From the NCBI GenBank assembly GCA_051294905.1, contig CM119372.1, forward strand, positions 22,508,001 to 22,572,000: 64,000 nt of DNA, in the 5' to 3' direction. The notes beneath the pieces were generated by a model. The model saw only the letters and a list, made by a program, of their open reading frames with translations. It ran no database searches and was not told the origin of the DNA. Every line of letters begins with the position of its first letter. Positions within the stretch are counted from its first letter, which is position 1. Of the stretch, positions 27,201 through 41,245 are shown one piece after another. The stretch is from Botryllus schlosseri (Eukaryota). The translations under genes and the position numbers were made by a program.

Positions 27201-30200
27201 CCATCAACGCGCGCGCACCATAAACAAGCTTGCAAACATTCGGTCCTTTTTTTGTTTGCCCGTTGGATATTTTTTCATATTATATTGAATATTGAAGCCA
27301 CACGAGATTTCGAACTATCGGTCAGCGAGTGATTGGCTGTGATTCAAAAGTGTCAGAAGCGATTTTGAATTGTTATCACAAGTGGTATTGTGATCTGCGT
27401 GAATGCAGGCAATTATGCACGCATATCGAATCGACTATTCGGATAGACATTGCAGAAGCGGTTTGATATCAATGATGAGCGGATAGTTCTTTTCGAGACT
27501 CCGAATCCCTCCGACAACTTTAGTGTCTGAGGAAAACTCCCTCCGACTCCGAAGAGCTCAATCCCAGACTCCGAGATACTCCGATGAATCTCGTCAAGTA
27601 TCCGAAACAGTGACAGGGATGGCACATGGTACAACATGGTACATGGTTCGCATCATAGTATTGTTTACTCTCCAGTCCCCAATTGCAGTGCAGATGGTTG
27701 ATTTTTATGCACTTGGCAATCATTATTGCATGTTACCCGTCATATTACAACTTTACAAAGTGTCAACTGTGTCTGTTTTGGTTTGTAATCATAATCAATA
27801 GTGTATTCTGGTCAGAGCTATCCAAAGATATCGGGGACAAAAGTTACAATACTCCGAAAATATATCTGTAGTAGGCCCCTAAACTCAAACTTCGCTCCGA
27901 CTGTCACAAAATCGGCAAAACTCCGCTCCGATGCTCATCACTGTTTGGTATGTACGGTCGACCCTGTGATATGATCGATTGGTGTGAAACATTTTGCAGG
28001 CCCAGAACAATTTGGATGGTGTAAGGCCTGCGGAACGGGTTTTTAATTTTGCTTAGTCTGAAAGGTTTGAACTAAGATTATATTGACTAAGAAAAAGGCA
28101 AAAACACTAAATTCACCAAAATATGACTACGCCTACTGTTTTTGACAAACTGTACAACACAACTCGACTAGATTTCAGCTTTCATCAGTCATCGTTATGT
28201 GTAGTTCGATACGGAACTTTATTATTCAGTCTAGCAATCAGCGTTGCCAATTCCTAATAAAATGGGCCTTGCAAATGAACTAGAAAAGCCTATACGCGGC
28301 CCGAGGTTTCACTTCGCTATTTATGTATGGCCATTGGCCAGGCTGTCAAAAATTTGCATATACCCGCGATCTATAGCTAACCAAGACCGACGATTCTAGC
28401 ACATTCACTAAAGAATTAATCTAAATATTTTAGGCTCATACTATGCCACGAAGAGGTCGAATGCGAAATCCATGTTTCGTCAATTTGCATCTCAAAAACA
28501 GCTTACCAATGTCCAAAAAGCGGGTTTGTATGATTTGATTTCCCAAGAGAGGCTGCGGGTCCTTGGGTGCCAACGCCAAGATCGTCTTCCCAGTGCAGTC
28601 CGGCGTGGCAATGACTTTGATTTTCTAAATATTTCAGAATTGCAAACCATTGTGTCAAAAACCAAACATCGTACTGTACAGCAACGTCAAGTTCCTTTGA
28701 TTCGTATCGCAACGAAAGAAGATACATTACAGATACACTATATTGGATGAGGTATATTCGGCCAAATTTTGTGAAGCACGTCGCATCACGCTGCTGGTAT
28801 CAAGTACCATGACTACTCGCATGTACGACTCAATTTGGATTGACTGCTGGCTTCCTCCGACAACAAAATGGGAGGCAGGTCCAACGAAAACGATACCTCT
28901 CTCTGTCATGTCAATGCGCACCCCGGATAAGAGAAAAGCGACAATTTACACTAATCAGATGTTGGGTCGATTGGAAGGCACCAATTAGTGTCAATCGATC
29001 GTCCTTCACGAATACGGGACAAGATAGTAACTCGACTCATCGATAATAAGAAATGATCACCTGCTAAACTATTGTAATCCCGAGGTCAATGGGGAAGAAC
29101 GAGTGAAAGCCTGGTCTTGTAAATTCATTTGTTGCGTAATTTTATTCCCTATTAGAGAAACTTTGTTGTAATGATTCCCTTTCCAGATCTGAATAAAATG
29201 CTATTCCCATAAACCCGCAGATCTCTGAACACGACGTTCGTCCGTTCACGGCTTTATCAAACGAAATGGATGTGGGCCTAACCCTGCTAATCATTCATGC
29301 ATACAGTAAAGTTGCATAATTTGAGGAAGCATTTTGTCTTGATGGCATGTTGTTATTGTTGTGTTATTGTGGCTTCATTCGTCACAACTATCGAATCTGC
29401 AACATCTTTCGATCCCAACTTTTTGCGACTCATCGCCCCCTTTTCATGCTTCACACCGATCATCGCCCCCCCCCCCCCAAATCGTGGGAACCGAAAAATG
29501 GGCATTAGGGTTGTTAAAAAAAAACTTTTTTTTCCAAATCTCACTCGCCTAGTGACTAAATCGTCAGGTTGTCCAAGAAAACGATGCACACCAAATTTGA
29601 CTCAATTCCAACCAGTAACGGCCGTGCAATCTTGAATTGAAATTTTTAAATTATTATTAAAAATAAAAAAATAAAAATTCTCAAATTTTTCTGTCAACCC
29701 CATGAAATTGTTGAGCTGTCTTCAAAGACGATGCAAAACAAATTTGAGTCAATTCCGACTAGTAGAAGCGGAACTATTTGAGTTTTTCGTTGATAATCCG
29801 CGGATCAAGGATAATCCGAGAATTATCAACGAAAAACTCGAATAACTCCGCTTCTACAAGTCGGAATTGACTCAAATTTGTTTTGCATCGTCTTTGAAGA
29901 CAGCTCAACAATTTCATGGGGTTGACAGAAAAATTTGAGAATTTTTATTTTTTTATTTTTAATAATAATTTTAAAATTTCAATTCAAGATTGCACGGCCG
30001 TTACTGGTTGGAATTGAGTCAAATTTGGTGTGCATCGTTTTCTTGGACAACCTGACGATTTAGTCATTAGGCGAGTGAGATTTGGAAAAAAAAGTTTTTT
30101 TTGAACAACCCTAATGGGCATACATAATGTAATCACTGGCGAGTTGACTAAAAAAAGGCTCGACTGGCGAGTTTACTAACTTTTCGACTCGACCTCGAAA

Positions 30201-33200
30201 TTATACTTTTACAGCTAAATTTTCGTGATTTGACTAAAACAAAGATCATTTCTCCGACTCGACTCCAATATAGCCGTTTTAACGCGCCATCGCCCCCCAT
30301 TATTTTCGCACCCTAGACCGCCGAATCGTCCCCTGGGTGGCGATAGCGCCCACGTTGAGAACCACTGATCTAGTACAACCTGGTGCTGGTAACGATCCAC
30401 TTCTGACACTTAGATAGACCGAACGATTGCACAGGATACTCATTTCTACAATCAGGAATAGGCAAGGTAAGTGGACTTTCCATCAAGATTGTTGAACTAT
30501 TTAGAGAATAACTGGCAATGACCCTTTAAGACATTACCGATTTTCCAACGATCGCAGGCAAGTCCTCCTTCCCAAAAAGTACTCTACGAAAATCGTACTT
30601 TTATAATCTTGCACAGTCCTGTCACGATGAAATATATAGGCTCCTTTTTACTTTGCGGATCCGGCAGTATAATTTTGTCGGAGGAGAACTCTTGAATCTT
30701 GCAGTTCAAGTTGACATGCCTCTTCTGAAAGTCGGTGCATTCTCTGTGTGGTTAAATAAGAGTATGTCGCCAGAGCATCGTAATGAAAATCAAACCAGCA
30801 TGTCAAAATTTACTTAAAAAAGGGTATTGCTTCTATCATATTTAATCGATCTTTCCATTCCTTTTCGTAGCTTCTTCGCAGCACTAAATCAAAATCCGGT
30901 TTGTCGACGCGTAAGAATTGTGAGGTACCTGGAATAGTTGCAATATCTGAAAACATAGGACTCCAAAAGCTTGGACTAACAGCGTCTATGGTGACGTGCC
31001 CATATAGCCAGACGAGAAATTAGGTGAAATAATCATCCGATGCTAGATGGTAAAAAGTTCTTCACATTTGCTCCTTTTGTACGGCGAGGGATGTTGTTAA
31101 CGTGAGGTTCACGTTCGCGTTCTGTGTGTGAACCTCAGAAATTTAGAGGTTCACGTTCACAAACGAACCTTGGTAGGTTCTGCTCTGTGAACCTTTTTCA
31201 TATAGTACAATTTTCTCTTCATTATAAATTCTTTGGTTGATATATATTGCATTTCAACTGCGGGCCACTATATGCATGGCGCTGACAGCATTAAAAAAGT
31301 CATCACTAAACGAGCGTGCACCTTGACAATCTCAAAGATGTTACTTGCTTTGTTGCAATAGTTTGTTCGAATATTTAGTGACACTCTGCTGTGAGATTGA
31401 GCCGCAATCACTCAACATCAAGAGCGAAATACACTAAATGTACGTAGTCAGCGAATGATGCTTATTCAACCAACCAATGAAATTGATATCGTTGCCTGAT
31501 GTAAAAAATCTAGCCGTTGGCTACTAATGTATAACTTGTTGATGGGGTGATATCGGTAGCAAGTACAGAAATCCGTTTTACACTCTGCTCAATATTAACG
31601 TAGCAATTACTCTGACGCCTAATATATTGTCCGTCTGACCTAGACCCTTGAGGCGTAGGCATATATTTTCTTGCAAATCTTCGTCGAAATTGTTGGCAAA
31701 GCGACGGAAGATGTTATGGGATTATTATATCATTTGATTGCCCCAGTTAATACATTTTGCGACGTTTAAGACGTCAACATGAACTTCAGCATTGTGGTAT
31801 TATGTGGCCCGAGTCGTCGCTAGGTATCGTATACAAATAGGCTATCACTTCACTGAAATATAGGGTTGAATTAGCAATATGACGTCACGTGACGTCATGA
31901 GATTCACGTTCGCGTTCACACAGAACCTTTCAAAAAGGTGCGCGTACACATGAACCTGAACCTTTCATAGGTTCACACCATCCCCAGCGGCTATGTATAT
32001 TATACCTTTGCAAACGATCGTGGCAGTCCTTGTACAGTCCTGTATCAAAGCAAGTTCGCCGAAACAAGAACCAGCCGCTATTTCTCCTACTGTTTGTGTT
32101 CGCTTCTCCAACGTACGGGTGTCCTCTTGTGTGACCTATTCGGTTCAGTTCAGTTTGAACTGTTTGGAATTTCCTCAGATCAAAAAAGATTGCTAATAGC
32201 GATACAATGAAAAGATATGAAATAGTAGAAAAGACGTAGGGAAATCAATAAATGAAAGCCCCACCCGGGCGTAGCAATATCGTAAAAATATAAGAACGCG
32301 TTAAATGTAGCATGCACAATGCACATTGAGCAATGTGCACCCAATGAGAAGTAGCCTATATACAATTATCAAAAAATAGACAAGTGATGTTGAGGCATGA
32401 TATGCGGCACTGGGTTAGGGCGAAATTGGTGTGTGGTGTGGCGTGGCGTAGGCCTATACGCCAATCTCGATATACACGCTATAGTATATATAATATCCAG
32501 TGAATCCTCCTTGTATTTCGATTTCGACACCCTTCAACTAGATCAGGGGTCGGCAAATCCTGGCACGCGTGTCATTTGTGGCACGCGGGATGATTTTTCA
32601 TAGCACGCCAGTTGATTTCACGCAAACGACATATTGAGACCATGTTTTTGCAAAAAAGTTAAACAAGTTTTCAAAATGTACAAAGCTCGTTAGGCGATCC
32701 AAAATTATTTCGTAAATCATCATGAAATATAGTCTTTTAGGGCGGATTTTACTCATCATGAATTTTTTTCCCGCACTTCGCGCGATTTCTCGGATCCAGA
32801 TGTCTTGATTATAATGTGGAAACCTCAAATAAATAGTTATGTATGTCTTTAGAAAATGTTGTTAAAATCCATGCATAATGTACAGAAATGAGTCAAACGT
32901 ATTAGCAGTTATGAAATATCGTCAACCGAATATATAGTATGAAACCGTTTGGATGCTTAAGTCTATGAGTTTTATTCACTGTGCAGTGTGCACTGTGCAG
33001 CCTACAGAAGCGCAACTAGTGTACCGGCATTCCGGCGCTGGGCATTTTCACGCTATAGAAGACATGGCCTAGACCAGTGGTTCCCAACCTTTTTCGGTGG
33101 CAGGGCCAAATTTAGAATTTCAGAGTACGGTCGGGGCCGCACGAATACCAGGGCAATGAAAGGAATCCAAAATAGTCACCAAAATATGAAAATTGGCATT

Positions 33201-36200
33201 GTTCCGATCATTCGCTTGACGCCATTCGTCATTGTGTTGCCGCGCTCCAGTTGTTCAGAACAATCAACCTTTGCTGGCTATTTAGGAGTAGTTTTATTGC
33301 CCTGGCGAGATTTCAATTCGTATTTTTGGAATCAGTACGACACTTGCTTTCGATAAACACGACATATCAAATTATTCGGACGCTTGGGTCGCGAGCTATA
33401 GGACTACCAAATATGCTGCTTTTGCCGGCTAAGCAGTAGCCTACGCATCACGGCGTATTCAATCGTAAGTCACTTGTTGCACAACTATCCGTAAATTAGT
33501 TATCAATACCCAGGACCGTAACAGCACTTCGTCAGCCCCCCCCCCCAAAAAAAACGTTGCTTTTGGGCTCCCCATATGGTGATAAACCGAACTTCGAAGC
33601 CCCCAGACCCCCCTCAGGCTAGATGGCTGTTTACCGCTATTTATCACCTAAATCGGGTGTGCGTTTTAGGCAGCTTCTCTCGACTAATCACAGGAAGCGC
33701 GAAAAATTTCCATAATTCATGATTGAATCGGTCAATATAATCGGGAATTGCGTATATATTGGTATCAATTTTTATCCTCTCTCTGCTCACGTAATCAGAT
33801 CGACCGGTTGAGCCGAGTCAGTTGTGTTTGAAAAGGTAGGACCACTCAATAATATTTAAACCTCTTCGGGCGTATACCCGTTGGCAGGAACGAAACAGCA
33901 CTTCGTCAGGCCACCCAAAACACTTAGGTCATGAGCTCCCACAGGGTGATAAACCGACGCCCCGTCCCGTTGTTCGCTTCTGCCACGAAATCAGGATCCC
34001 CGTTTAGTGAGCCAGCGTGGAGTGCGAAAATTTTCGATAATTCAAAATAAAATAGGTCAATAAGATCGGGAATTGCATATATATTGCTATCAATTACTTG
34101 TCCTCTCTGCTCACGTAATCAGATTTACCGGTAGAGCTGAGTGAGGTGTCTTGGAAACTGTAGGGCCCGTAAATAATAATTAAACATATTCGGACGGGCG
34201 GACCCGTTGGTACGACTTCGTTACATGATGTTATTTCGTGACCTCCAGTCTGCAATATCAAAAAATATAGAATCGTCCAAACGTACCAAACTAAAAGATG
34301 CACTGGAAAATAATTCTTCCCTGCGGGATGGTAGCCTATTTGTCTCGTGAGGTTCAGATTGCCAGGACAGGAACATTCGGCGCCAGTCATTTAAACGCCT
34401 ATGATCAATTATACCTATATGTATTTTGTATATACATAACGAAGTTTTCGGTCAGAGTAAGGGCAGTCTCGCTGACGATTGTTCTGGTACACTTCTTGGA
34501 GTCGCATGTTACATGACCTAAAACTTTATATGTCTTCGTGCATCGAGGCGCGCTAATGGCCAACGCCGATATGCCCACTTCGATAGATCTTGCGTATTTT
34601 ATCTTGGTAAAAGAGAACCCAATAATTAGGGTACTTGGAAACTTGAAATCGCGAACAGTGCGAAAATTTTTTGAAAAAGTTGCATAAAATTTCATAAATT
34701 ACTCTATAATTTATGCTAATTCACTAAATAATTTTGAGCCCCCTTCGAGCTGGCTCCCCCCAATTTGGGGGGCTTGGGGTTCGGCAGTTACGGTCCGGTC
34801 AATACCTAATATCTATACCTATATATATAGGTACTGCTCGTTCAACTGGAAAGTTAGGGCACATTGCATTGAAACAGCAGTGACGTAATCTTTGCAGTCT
34901 ACTCACAACTCTCCTGCAATCCTAATTGAAAACTCGAGACTCCAAGCCAAGCAAGAGAATTTTATAAATATATATTTTTTTTCATAAATCGATTTCTAAA
35001 TATTTTAGTGGGGGCCGCAAGAAGGCTAGCTGGGGGCCGCGGTTGGGAATCACTGGCCTAGACATAAAGTTTCGGACGACATGCTACCATGCGACCCCCA
35101 TGCGGTGTATGAGTTGCCAAAATGATTGGAGGCGATAAAACCTTAAAACAAAATAACCACATCATACTGTCAAGGCGACGAAGTGACCATCGACGAATAG
35201 TCCAGCGCCCGCGGCTTGAGCCGCACGTATCAAATAAGACTAGCCGAGGAAAATAATGGGCCCCTTGTTGAAATGCGAATTTGGAATCGTGTTCGTCTCT
35301 CGGAAGGAGATATTCTTTTAGTTTCGTCTGGTGTACAAGCCATTACATAATATATGGAGCAGCGACAGTCTTTACCGCTTTACCGCGACCTTTGCAGACA
35401 AATCTAGTGTCAGACCGACCTTAATCTGACGCGAAACCGACTTGAATAATACAGGGAAGGGCACATTTGTCATCGTCATCAGACTATATCATTGTAACAA
35501 CACAATCAATCACAGAAGATCGATCATTGCCCCATTGCGCGACTGAAAATAAATTATGTAAATATCACGTACATTTAAGCGCTAGGTCGGGTGCGGTAGC
35601 AAGTAGCGACCAAAATTTATTCCCTTCGCGACCAATCAAGAATCACTGGCGCGAAGAATGTCGTAGCCAGCTGCGGAAAAACGGTTGGTGGTATTCTTCG
35701 CTTGAAACGTGAAATATTTATAAATTGAATGTTTGACACGCAAGCTATTAAAAATGGACATTTTTTGACATTTTGGCACGCTGCACACAAAAAGATGCCG
35801 GCCCCTGAATTAGATAAATGATGATATTTTAGGCAAGCCCTAAATACACTTTATATATGTCATAGCATAGACGCCGTAAAAGTCCCAAGTTCATGGGAAG
35901 TGAAAATAAAACTTGTATCGATATTTCACTATGACGATGCCAGCGGACATTGAGAGAAGATTTATTATTACAGTGAAATTCAGTGATGCCTGTCGTCTTC
36001 TCCGGCCTTGTGCGCGACGGACAAAATGTCTTCAGGGTAAACAGACTTAACATCTGTCCTATTTTTAAAAAAACGTTGGTTGGGCGCCAGCATGTAGGAT
36101 GATTTATGAAATGATTTTTGGCCCCTTGTATCTCGCCCCCCTCCAATTTTGCGGATGGGTGCGGTAGTTACGGGAGTGAACGTGTATCGACGGTTCGACC

Positions 36201-37330
36201 TCATGCTCTTTACAAGCGGATTGAGGCGATACGAGGGAGACATCTAGCGAGGAGTTTACACTAACCTGAACTGCGACGCTCCCTTTGACAATGAAATACA
36301 TTGAGAAACCCTGATGTCCCTCACGTAAAATGACGCGGCCGTCTTCAAAAGTCTCGAAATGCATTACCCTCGCCAGCTCACGCTTTACTAACGGAGAACA
36401 TTTTTCGAACGACTGAAGAGAGATCAAGTTACTCACTGTTGATAAATAGGCTACATAGGCCTAGAGTGATCGCAAGTTTTCAACCTTCATTTGATTGACG
36501 ATTCCATGTAGCAGTTCGAGTTCCTCATCCGTCCTCTCCCAAGGATTTTTCAGCAGCACGAATTTTGCCCGTTTTGACAATCCAGTACCGGAGTTACCCG
36601 GTTTGAATGCATTGATGTTAAAGTGAAGAGTGTCATTGTCTTCATACCTGGTCCATTGAAAAGAATGATTTAGTTATCCAAATGAGTCAATATGGAGAAT
36701 ATCAACAGATAAGCTAAAGTACGAAATCACCAACATAATTCAACAATTCATTTCATATTACACTTTGAAGTTGCGGATTCCTAGTCCAAATACAAATCCA
36801 GAAATTCTCTTTTGTTGCAATTAGATCTGGAAGTAGGCCCTATATACTTCATTCATTCTCAAAGAATTGTGTTATCAACGTGGAATTCCTATTCGAAGTC
36901 AATGATATTAGCATGATAATTATGGTGCCTCACTTAAAATTTACCATACAAACCATGATAGCTGAGAACAGACTTATTGCTTTGTCGGGGATTAACTGCT
37001 ATGCTTCGCTTTAGTAAGCCCACGGTTGGTTGCCTTTGAACTTCAGTTGTTTTATTCAATTTGAAACTTTACCAAAGTATAGGCTTACTGTTCTCGATAG
37101 GAATGCATGCTCATCCCAAAAATCACACAAGGCTCTCAAATAAGGAAAATTAAATCCCGTTCCCTAATTGGTACGTGATTGCAAAATTCTTACCATGATT
37201 TGATCGCTAGCTCTTCGGAACTGAGACCGTCCTTGCTTTCGAGAAGTGATATTTTCCATCTACCAGCTCGAATAATTGATCTTACGATATTTTTGAATGA
37301 TCTTTTGCCATTATTGTTATTGGATAACAT
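24275..37330 (-). CDS. Cyclic nucleotide-binding domain-containing protein, CNBD2-like (two cNMP-binding domains), 10 coding exons, about 455 aa
   Basis: Exons 37330-37194, 36647-36485, 36412-36266, 32135-32006, 30928-30814, 30743-30599, 28624-28507, 24864-24739, 24631-24492 and 24421-24275 join in frame. Motifs GRVILREGHQGFSMYFIVKGSVAV, GSCFGELALIQDCTRTATIVC, FLRVDKPDF, IYFIVTGLCKII, LEPGDYFG, WKNYKKKVLEDVV. True start may lie further upstream. Confidence 0.88.
27470..27943. mobile_element. hAT-type MITE (intronic)
   Basis: TIR CAATGATGAGC / GCTCATCACTG, subterminal ACTCCG repeats, TSD TTTGATAT/TTTGGTAT. Confidence 0.75.
29506..30113. mobile_element. 608-bp near-perfect palindromic (foldback) element with 8-bp TSD
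   Basis: Arms of about 300 bp are reverse complements around a short spacer near 29806-29812; termini TAGGGTTGTT / AACAACCCTA; TSD ATGGGCAT at 29498-29505 and 30114-30121; inserted into a MITE spanning about 29413-30368. Confidence 0.92.
31086..31986. mobile_element. hAT-type non-autonomous element (intronic)
   Basis: GGGATG / CATCCC ends with clustered GGTTCAC/GAACCT subterminal motifs at both ends; TSD unclear. Confidence 0.6.
33075..35055. mobile_element. hAT element nested in the 32544 element
   Basis: TIR CAGTGGTTCCCAACC / GGTTGGGAATCACTG; perfect TSD GCCTAGAC (33067-33074, 35056-35063). Confidence 0.9.
33511..34798. mobile_element. Third-level nested hAT element with internal tandem duplication
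   Basis: TIR CAGGACCGTAAC / GTTACGGTCCGG; perfect TSD TCAATACC (33503-33510, 34799-34806); 33520-33885 is repeated at 33895-34215. Confidence 0.88.
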
Positions 37331-38819
37331 GTTCCATGTCAGTCTGTCAAGAATCGGGAATTTATTGTACCGGATGGTTAAATCATATCCTTGTGACGTA
37401 ACAATGTTCAAGTTAACTGCTGCCATATGGTGTTTTTCAATTGGGATGCCATGTCGCCCCCGACTGCCATTTGGAATGCTCAAGGGTACCGCGAAATAAC
37501 GAGGTATTGAAAGACTGTGCCCTATAGTTTGTTTAGCTTGGACCCATTAGGCACTGATTCTACGTATTTTAAACCCGACGCATTGTGGATCGAGGGTGGA
37601 AAAGCACTACTGGCGCCTCTGCGCTGCGATGTTAAATTCGCCAAGAGACAGCGGAATACGGCGCAGCACAAACTGTATACATTGTTGTGACACAATAGGC
37701 TTGGTAATTATCCGGTGACATGACTACCGGTTGGAATATATTCTCAATTCAGTTCGTCAGCTTTCGACAACATGTCCGCTTTGGCTCTGTCCTGATCGCT
37801 GCGATAATTATTTCATATGATTGGGTGCCTCAAGGTCACAAAGGTTCAGAACCGCTCTCTCGCAGCATGACAATATAAGCATATTGAATCTTAATTCGCC
37901 TGACGCGTTATTTGAGAACTAATAGTTTGAAGAGCTATCGGCGTAATCGATTGCAGATCTACGCCGTAAAAGACATTTTTACTCACAAAACCATTTGACG
38001 TTCTAGCATTTTCACCAACAAAAATTTATAAGTTGATTAGACAAACTGACATTTTCTGAACCGCAACGCATGAATAATGTATTTCGTTTTGAAATGCCGT
38101 TCATCATTCTTGATTTTTGAATGATTGTTATAGGAAAACATCCGATTCAATTTGAAATTATTCGACAATTCCGACGATTTGCAAGTCTAAACTCGAAATG
38201 TCCTCTGGTAGCCGATACAATCGATATATTCCCTCCCACGGGATGACTGCGGTACTTTACAAAATTTAATTACCTAAAGATGATTAATTGGCCATATGTA
38301 CAGATGTGATCCATGCATTGAATTTGTGATCACACAGGAGGAGAAAAGGAGAAATGAATAGCACCGTTCACAGCGACATAGTTTACCATTTGATGAGATT
38401 TTATATGTACCCGTTTAACGATTGTAGAATCAAACAAGACATGTAGTTTGTATATCTTGCGTGCAGCGTACAGTCGTACACCCATCCACAGTCCACACCC
38501 TACCAAGCTGCTTTAATGTGGACACCAGAACGTTTTGGCACAAGTTTGTATATAATGTCACATTTCCCAGTTTTTATAACACTAAACACGATTTCTCAAG
38601 TAGTAATATTGTACGAACTTCGCGTACGGGTACTAGTAAAAGCTAGGAGTGTTACAGTTGCTGAGTCCCGCCAAATTACTTCAAATAAAAGTCGAAAATA
38701 ACAGGTATAGGACAGGGATATCTAGTCTAGATATCCCTGATATCGGAGTTTAATCTTAGGCTATTGATCCCGAATCAGTTTTCGTCAACCGGGGACAGTA
38801 TATACTATATAGTGTACGG

Positions 38820-40381
38820 CAAGGGTCGGCAACCTACGGCTCGCGGGCCGGATCCGGCCCGCCATGTGAAATCGCCCGGCCCGCGGCATCATTATTAGTT
38901 ATCACGAAAATACGGCCCGTAGTTTCTTATTGAATTGAGTTAGCACTGTGTAGAGCAGTGGTTCCCAACCTTTTTCGAACCATCGCCCCCTTTTCAAGCT
39001 TTACACCGATCATCGCCCCCTAGATTCTGTGTACCGAAAAATGGGCATACAAACTGTAATCACCGGCGGGTTGACTAAAAAAAAAAGGTCATTTTTCTCC
39101 GCTCAGAGCTCAAAATAACGTTTTTCTCTCCGCATTGATAGGTGGATTGTCCATTTTCGCCCCCCCTATCGCCCCCTTCGTCATTTTCGCCCCCCTGGAC
39201 CGCCAAATCGCCCACGTTGGGAACCACTGGTGTAGAGTAATTGTAGCATTGTCACGATAAAGTAAATTGTACTAGTCTATAGTCACGGCATAAAACTGGT
39301 GCGTAGCCGGTATCGGCCTACTTGTAGTATGTCCCACAAAAAGTGAATCAACGACAGTTTCGCCACATCTTACTAGAGGCAGAAAACCTATATGACGATG
39401 TTCTGTATTTCTGCGATGTTCGCTGGCTAAGTCGAGAAGTTATGGTTGCACGAGTGTGCAAGTTTAGAAATTAAATAGCATGGTCCCTTGCAAATAAAAA
39501 CATTGGCGCCATAGAAATTCGTGATGCGGAATAGGTATCCTAAACTTGGTTTTCTTGTTATATTTAACGTCACATCCGAATAAATTGAATTTGCAACTTT
39601 AGGGGAAGAAACAGCTGATACATGAAAACCTGATACTCGTATTTGAAACGAAACTGTGACTCTGGGCATGTAAACGGGACGTAAATTGGACAAAAAACCA
39701 TACTCACTTTCCTACACTGGAAGAAAGCAAACCTAGTTGCAACACTGTATTATAGTCACTGCGATACGAAATTGAGTTACTAAATTTTCCTCACGCGTTT
39801 CCGACGTTCGTTCTCTAGAAAATAAAGTCAGGTTATTCAGTACTCCTTTTGATGTGGACGTCAATAAAATTCCCACAAAATTTTAATTGCACCTTATTGA
39901 AATGCAAGGCAGGGAGGGAGGAAATATATCATACAAGGGGCATATCGCGGCTTGATGTTCACAAAAAGTTCCTCCTTGAAAGTGGTCCCAGCTTGACCAA
40001 ACATGCAAAATAGAGGGCATCTATGTTTGGTTGCAAATACACATGTAAACAATTGTTTTCAATAATGAAATTCACGAAGAACAAACTAAGATCGCACATG
40101 TCCGACGCCCATTTAGAAAATGTTCAGTTTCTTGCTTCATCTGACTTGGAACCACATGTTGAAAAAACGTTCAGAAAGAAAGCAGCATCAAGTGTCACAT
40201 TGATGCTGTGTTGTTTAAGCGTAAATACATTTTATCTTTTTGTGATTGGTATGATTGAGATCGCAAAAATGTAGCGTAATATACTGCAGTGAGTGTGAAT
40301 TATAGTATGAAAAGTCCGGCCCGCCAACGAGTTCTGCACTCGACATTTGGCCCGTGACTAGCAAAAGGTTGCCGACCCCTG
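38820..40381 (+). mobile_element. Internally deleted hAT (Charlie/Buster-type) transposon with transposase remnants
   Basis: TIR CAAGGGTCGGCAACC / GGTTGCCGACCCCTG; perfect TSD GTGTACGG; remnants NQRQFRHILLEAENLYDDVLYFCDVRWLSR (about 39346-39435) and MFGCKYTCKQLFSIMKFTKNKLRSHMSDAHL (40023 onward, hAT C-terminal dimerisation region). Confidence 0.9.
38956..39229. mobile_element. hAT MITE nested in the 38820 element
   Basis: TIR CAGTGGTTCCCAAC / GTTGGGAACCACTG; perfect TSD GTGTAGAG; ATCGCCCC subterminal repeats. Confidence 0.9.
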
Positions 40382-41245
40382 GTGTACGGTATTCTGTTAG
40401 TGTTAAAGCTGCCAAGTTCGATTTCAAACGTATGCGTTTGTGCAATCTAAGTGGTGCAATTAGAGAAAAAAATCCATAGGCCATCAGCTGCTCACCTCTA
40501 CAAAAAAGCAACGCAGGGTTACATTTGATATAAGAGGTGTTTTAAAACACTTCGTTTAAAACATGTTTTGCAATGTTTTAAACCATGTCATTTAAAAAAT
40601 CTATAAAACTTTATAATTATGTCATATTTTCTGAATACTTTTGAAAAAACATGTTGTTGTTGTTGTTGACTTATTGTTCTAGAAATAGTCGACGTGCACG
40701 ATACGGAATAAATGGAAACCTCGACATCGCCCTCGGTTCAGCAGCTTTGCACAGGTTTGAACAGAATGAACTTCCTGATGACGATAATTGTGGGCTGTAA
40801 AAATGCTAGATGATGAATGATGATGTATAGTCCTGATCAAGCATATTCTTTGGTCCATTGAGACGGTTTATGGAGCTGCATCCCTGGCGTTTTTGTGAAA
40901 CAATTTAGAACAGTGGTTCTCAACCATTTTGACTTTGCGGAACGGTAAAACTGCAAAACAAATATTGCGGACCGCTAAGCCTTCAAAAATCGATATTCAC
41001 CCTAAATTTAATTACGACAAATTCATGTACACTCAAATGTAATATTGAAAACTTCATGTAATACCGAATTTTGATATTAAATATTAATACGTGGCTCTAT
41101 TGAGGTTTCTGCAAGGCGAAGCTCGCGAAGTCCTGTTCAGCACAATTTCCTTGATTGTGATTGTTCGGTTTCCTTTGAAATAACTGTGACTTTGCTGTTT
41201 TAATTGCAATAGAGTCTATTATGTCCGATATAAAATCTGCTATAT

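Larger units (their letters stand above)
32544..35807 (-). mobile_element. Approx. 1.25-kb hAT non-autonomous family copy, expanded by nested insertions
   Basis: Ends CAGGGGTCGGCAAA / TGCCGGCCCCTG, TSD AACTAGAT/AATTAGAT; colinear with 44304-45578 after removing 33075-35055. Strand is given relative to the 41246 copy. Confidence 0.85.

Noticed and set aside
28165..28195. Second hammerhead candidate on the minus strand (CTGATGA..GAAA..TC)
   Set aside because: No stem I pairing between the flanks.
28727..28921. ORF as an extra exon of the CNBD2-like gene or an RT fragment
   Set aside because: The gene splices in frame without it (30599 to 28624) and no recognisable motif is present.
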